A stretch of 64,000 nucleotides of DNA from Okamejei kenojei. Lineage: Eukaryota. The notes beneath the pieces were generated by a model. That model did not search any database, was not told where the DNA came from, and saw only the letters and a program-made list of their open reading frames with translations. The stretch lies in the NCBI GenBank assembly GCA_035221665.1, contig CM069131.1, positions 16,492,001 to 16,556,000 of the forward strand, in the 5' to 3' direction. The position numbers and the translations under genes were made by a program. Positions 63,401 through 64,000 of the stretch are shown one piece after another (position 1 is the first letter of the stretch; each line of letters starts with the position of its first letter).

Positions 63401-64000
63401 ATCCTTCTATGTGTTCAAAGTGTTTGCATGGCACCAAACCGCAGAATTTTCATTTCCAGGAGATTAAAGAGTTTGTTATGCTTATGTTCCATGGAAAATG
63501 TTATTGATTGCTAATGTTTTGAGTTCATGCTAAATGATCGTTTGTTAATTATGGAGTTATACGGCCATTGATTGGGTTATCAAGTGGTAGGATATCTTAT
63601 ATAGGTCCCAGGACCAATATAATGCCATATGCCATGTTGACATTTGTGAACACTATTTCACCAGGAGGCTGTAGCTATATCCTTAAATTTGGCTGGAGTT
63701 TATTAGGTAGTTATCCTTCTGGCACTGGTTTAGTGCAGCACGTTCAGTCGCTACATAATTGTGATCGTACAGGATGATAACATCTGTAAATTATAATGTA
63801 TAATATGTTATAAATACTTGAGCGGACCAGAAGGGGGTCAGGTCTCAAAATAGTCACAGGCATACCAGGGGACCTTTGATAAGGTAAGCACACATATACA
63901 ACAATATGTCAAGGTCGTCAAGAGCCTTGGAGTTCTGGACTCCAAAAAAAATAAAATAAATAAATAGATACATAAATAAATAATTTGGGAGAACTTATTG
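60466..64000 (+). mobile_element. Second DIRS1-type element, 5' part, with heavily decayed coding regions; runs off the window
   Basis: The 5' LTR ttttacttcggagtcacgtgagtgactacgtgaagaaccccgtacagccg is nearly identical to the first element's termini and ICR. Remnants include KLLSAG (gag), a FSSRL/LFASRL-like piece near 62630, MAYVSH near 62900 and VILLALV..QHVQSL (YR) near 63710. Confidence 0.8.
61124..61512 (+). repeat. ~75-bp tandem repeat inside the second DIRS
   Basis: Units start at 61124, 61199, 61274, 61346 and 61424, followed by a 36-bp sub-repeat. Confidence 0.9.

Overview
This is repeat-rich vertebrate genomic DNA, most likely from a cartilaginous fish (skate/ray-like; inferred from abundant HE1/V-SINE-type SINEs and CR1 LINE tails). 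It is not prokaryotic. The only host gene is the 3' half of the glycine receptor beta subunit gene (glrb, + strand): three coding exons at 2599-2751, 9604-9929 and 47021-47317, a 37 kb last intron, and a 3' UTR with several AATAAA signals. The rest is mostly mobile DNA: a 5'-truncated L1-clade LINE, a structurally complete but mutated DIRS1-type tyrosine-recombinase retrotransposon (33598-38321, - strand, with inverted LTRs, ICR, gag, RT/RNaseH/methyltransferase and YR), the 5' part of a second decayed DIRS (60466 onward), Penelope-like elements, three non-autonomous hAT elements with 8-bp TSDs, five TWA/TA-flanked MITEs, and many SINE and CR1 fragments. The most notable hidden structure is a Penelope-LTR-derived repeat family (about 20 copies or fragments) carrying a minimal hammerhead ribozyme core. 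It occurs as solo units, as one unit with a long TSD, and as head-to-head palindromes with a core on each strand. There is one assembly gap (26634-26779). Comparisons with human or zebrafish proteins are from memory, not from a database search.
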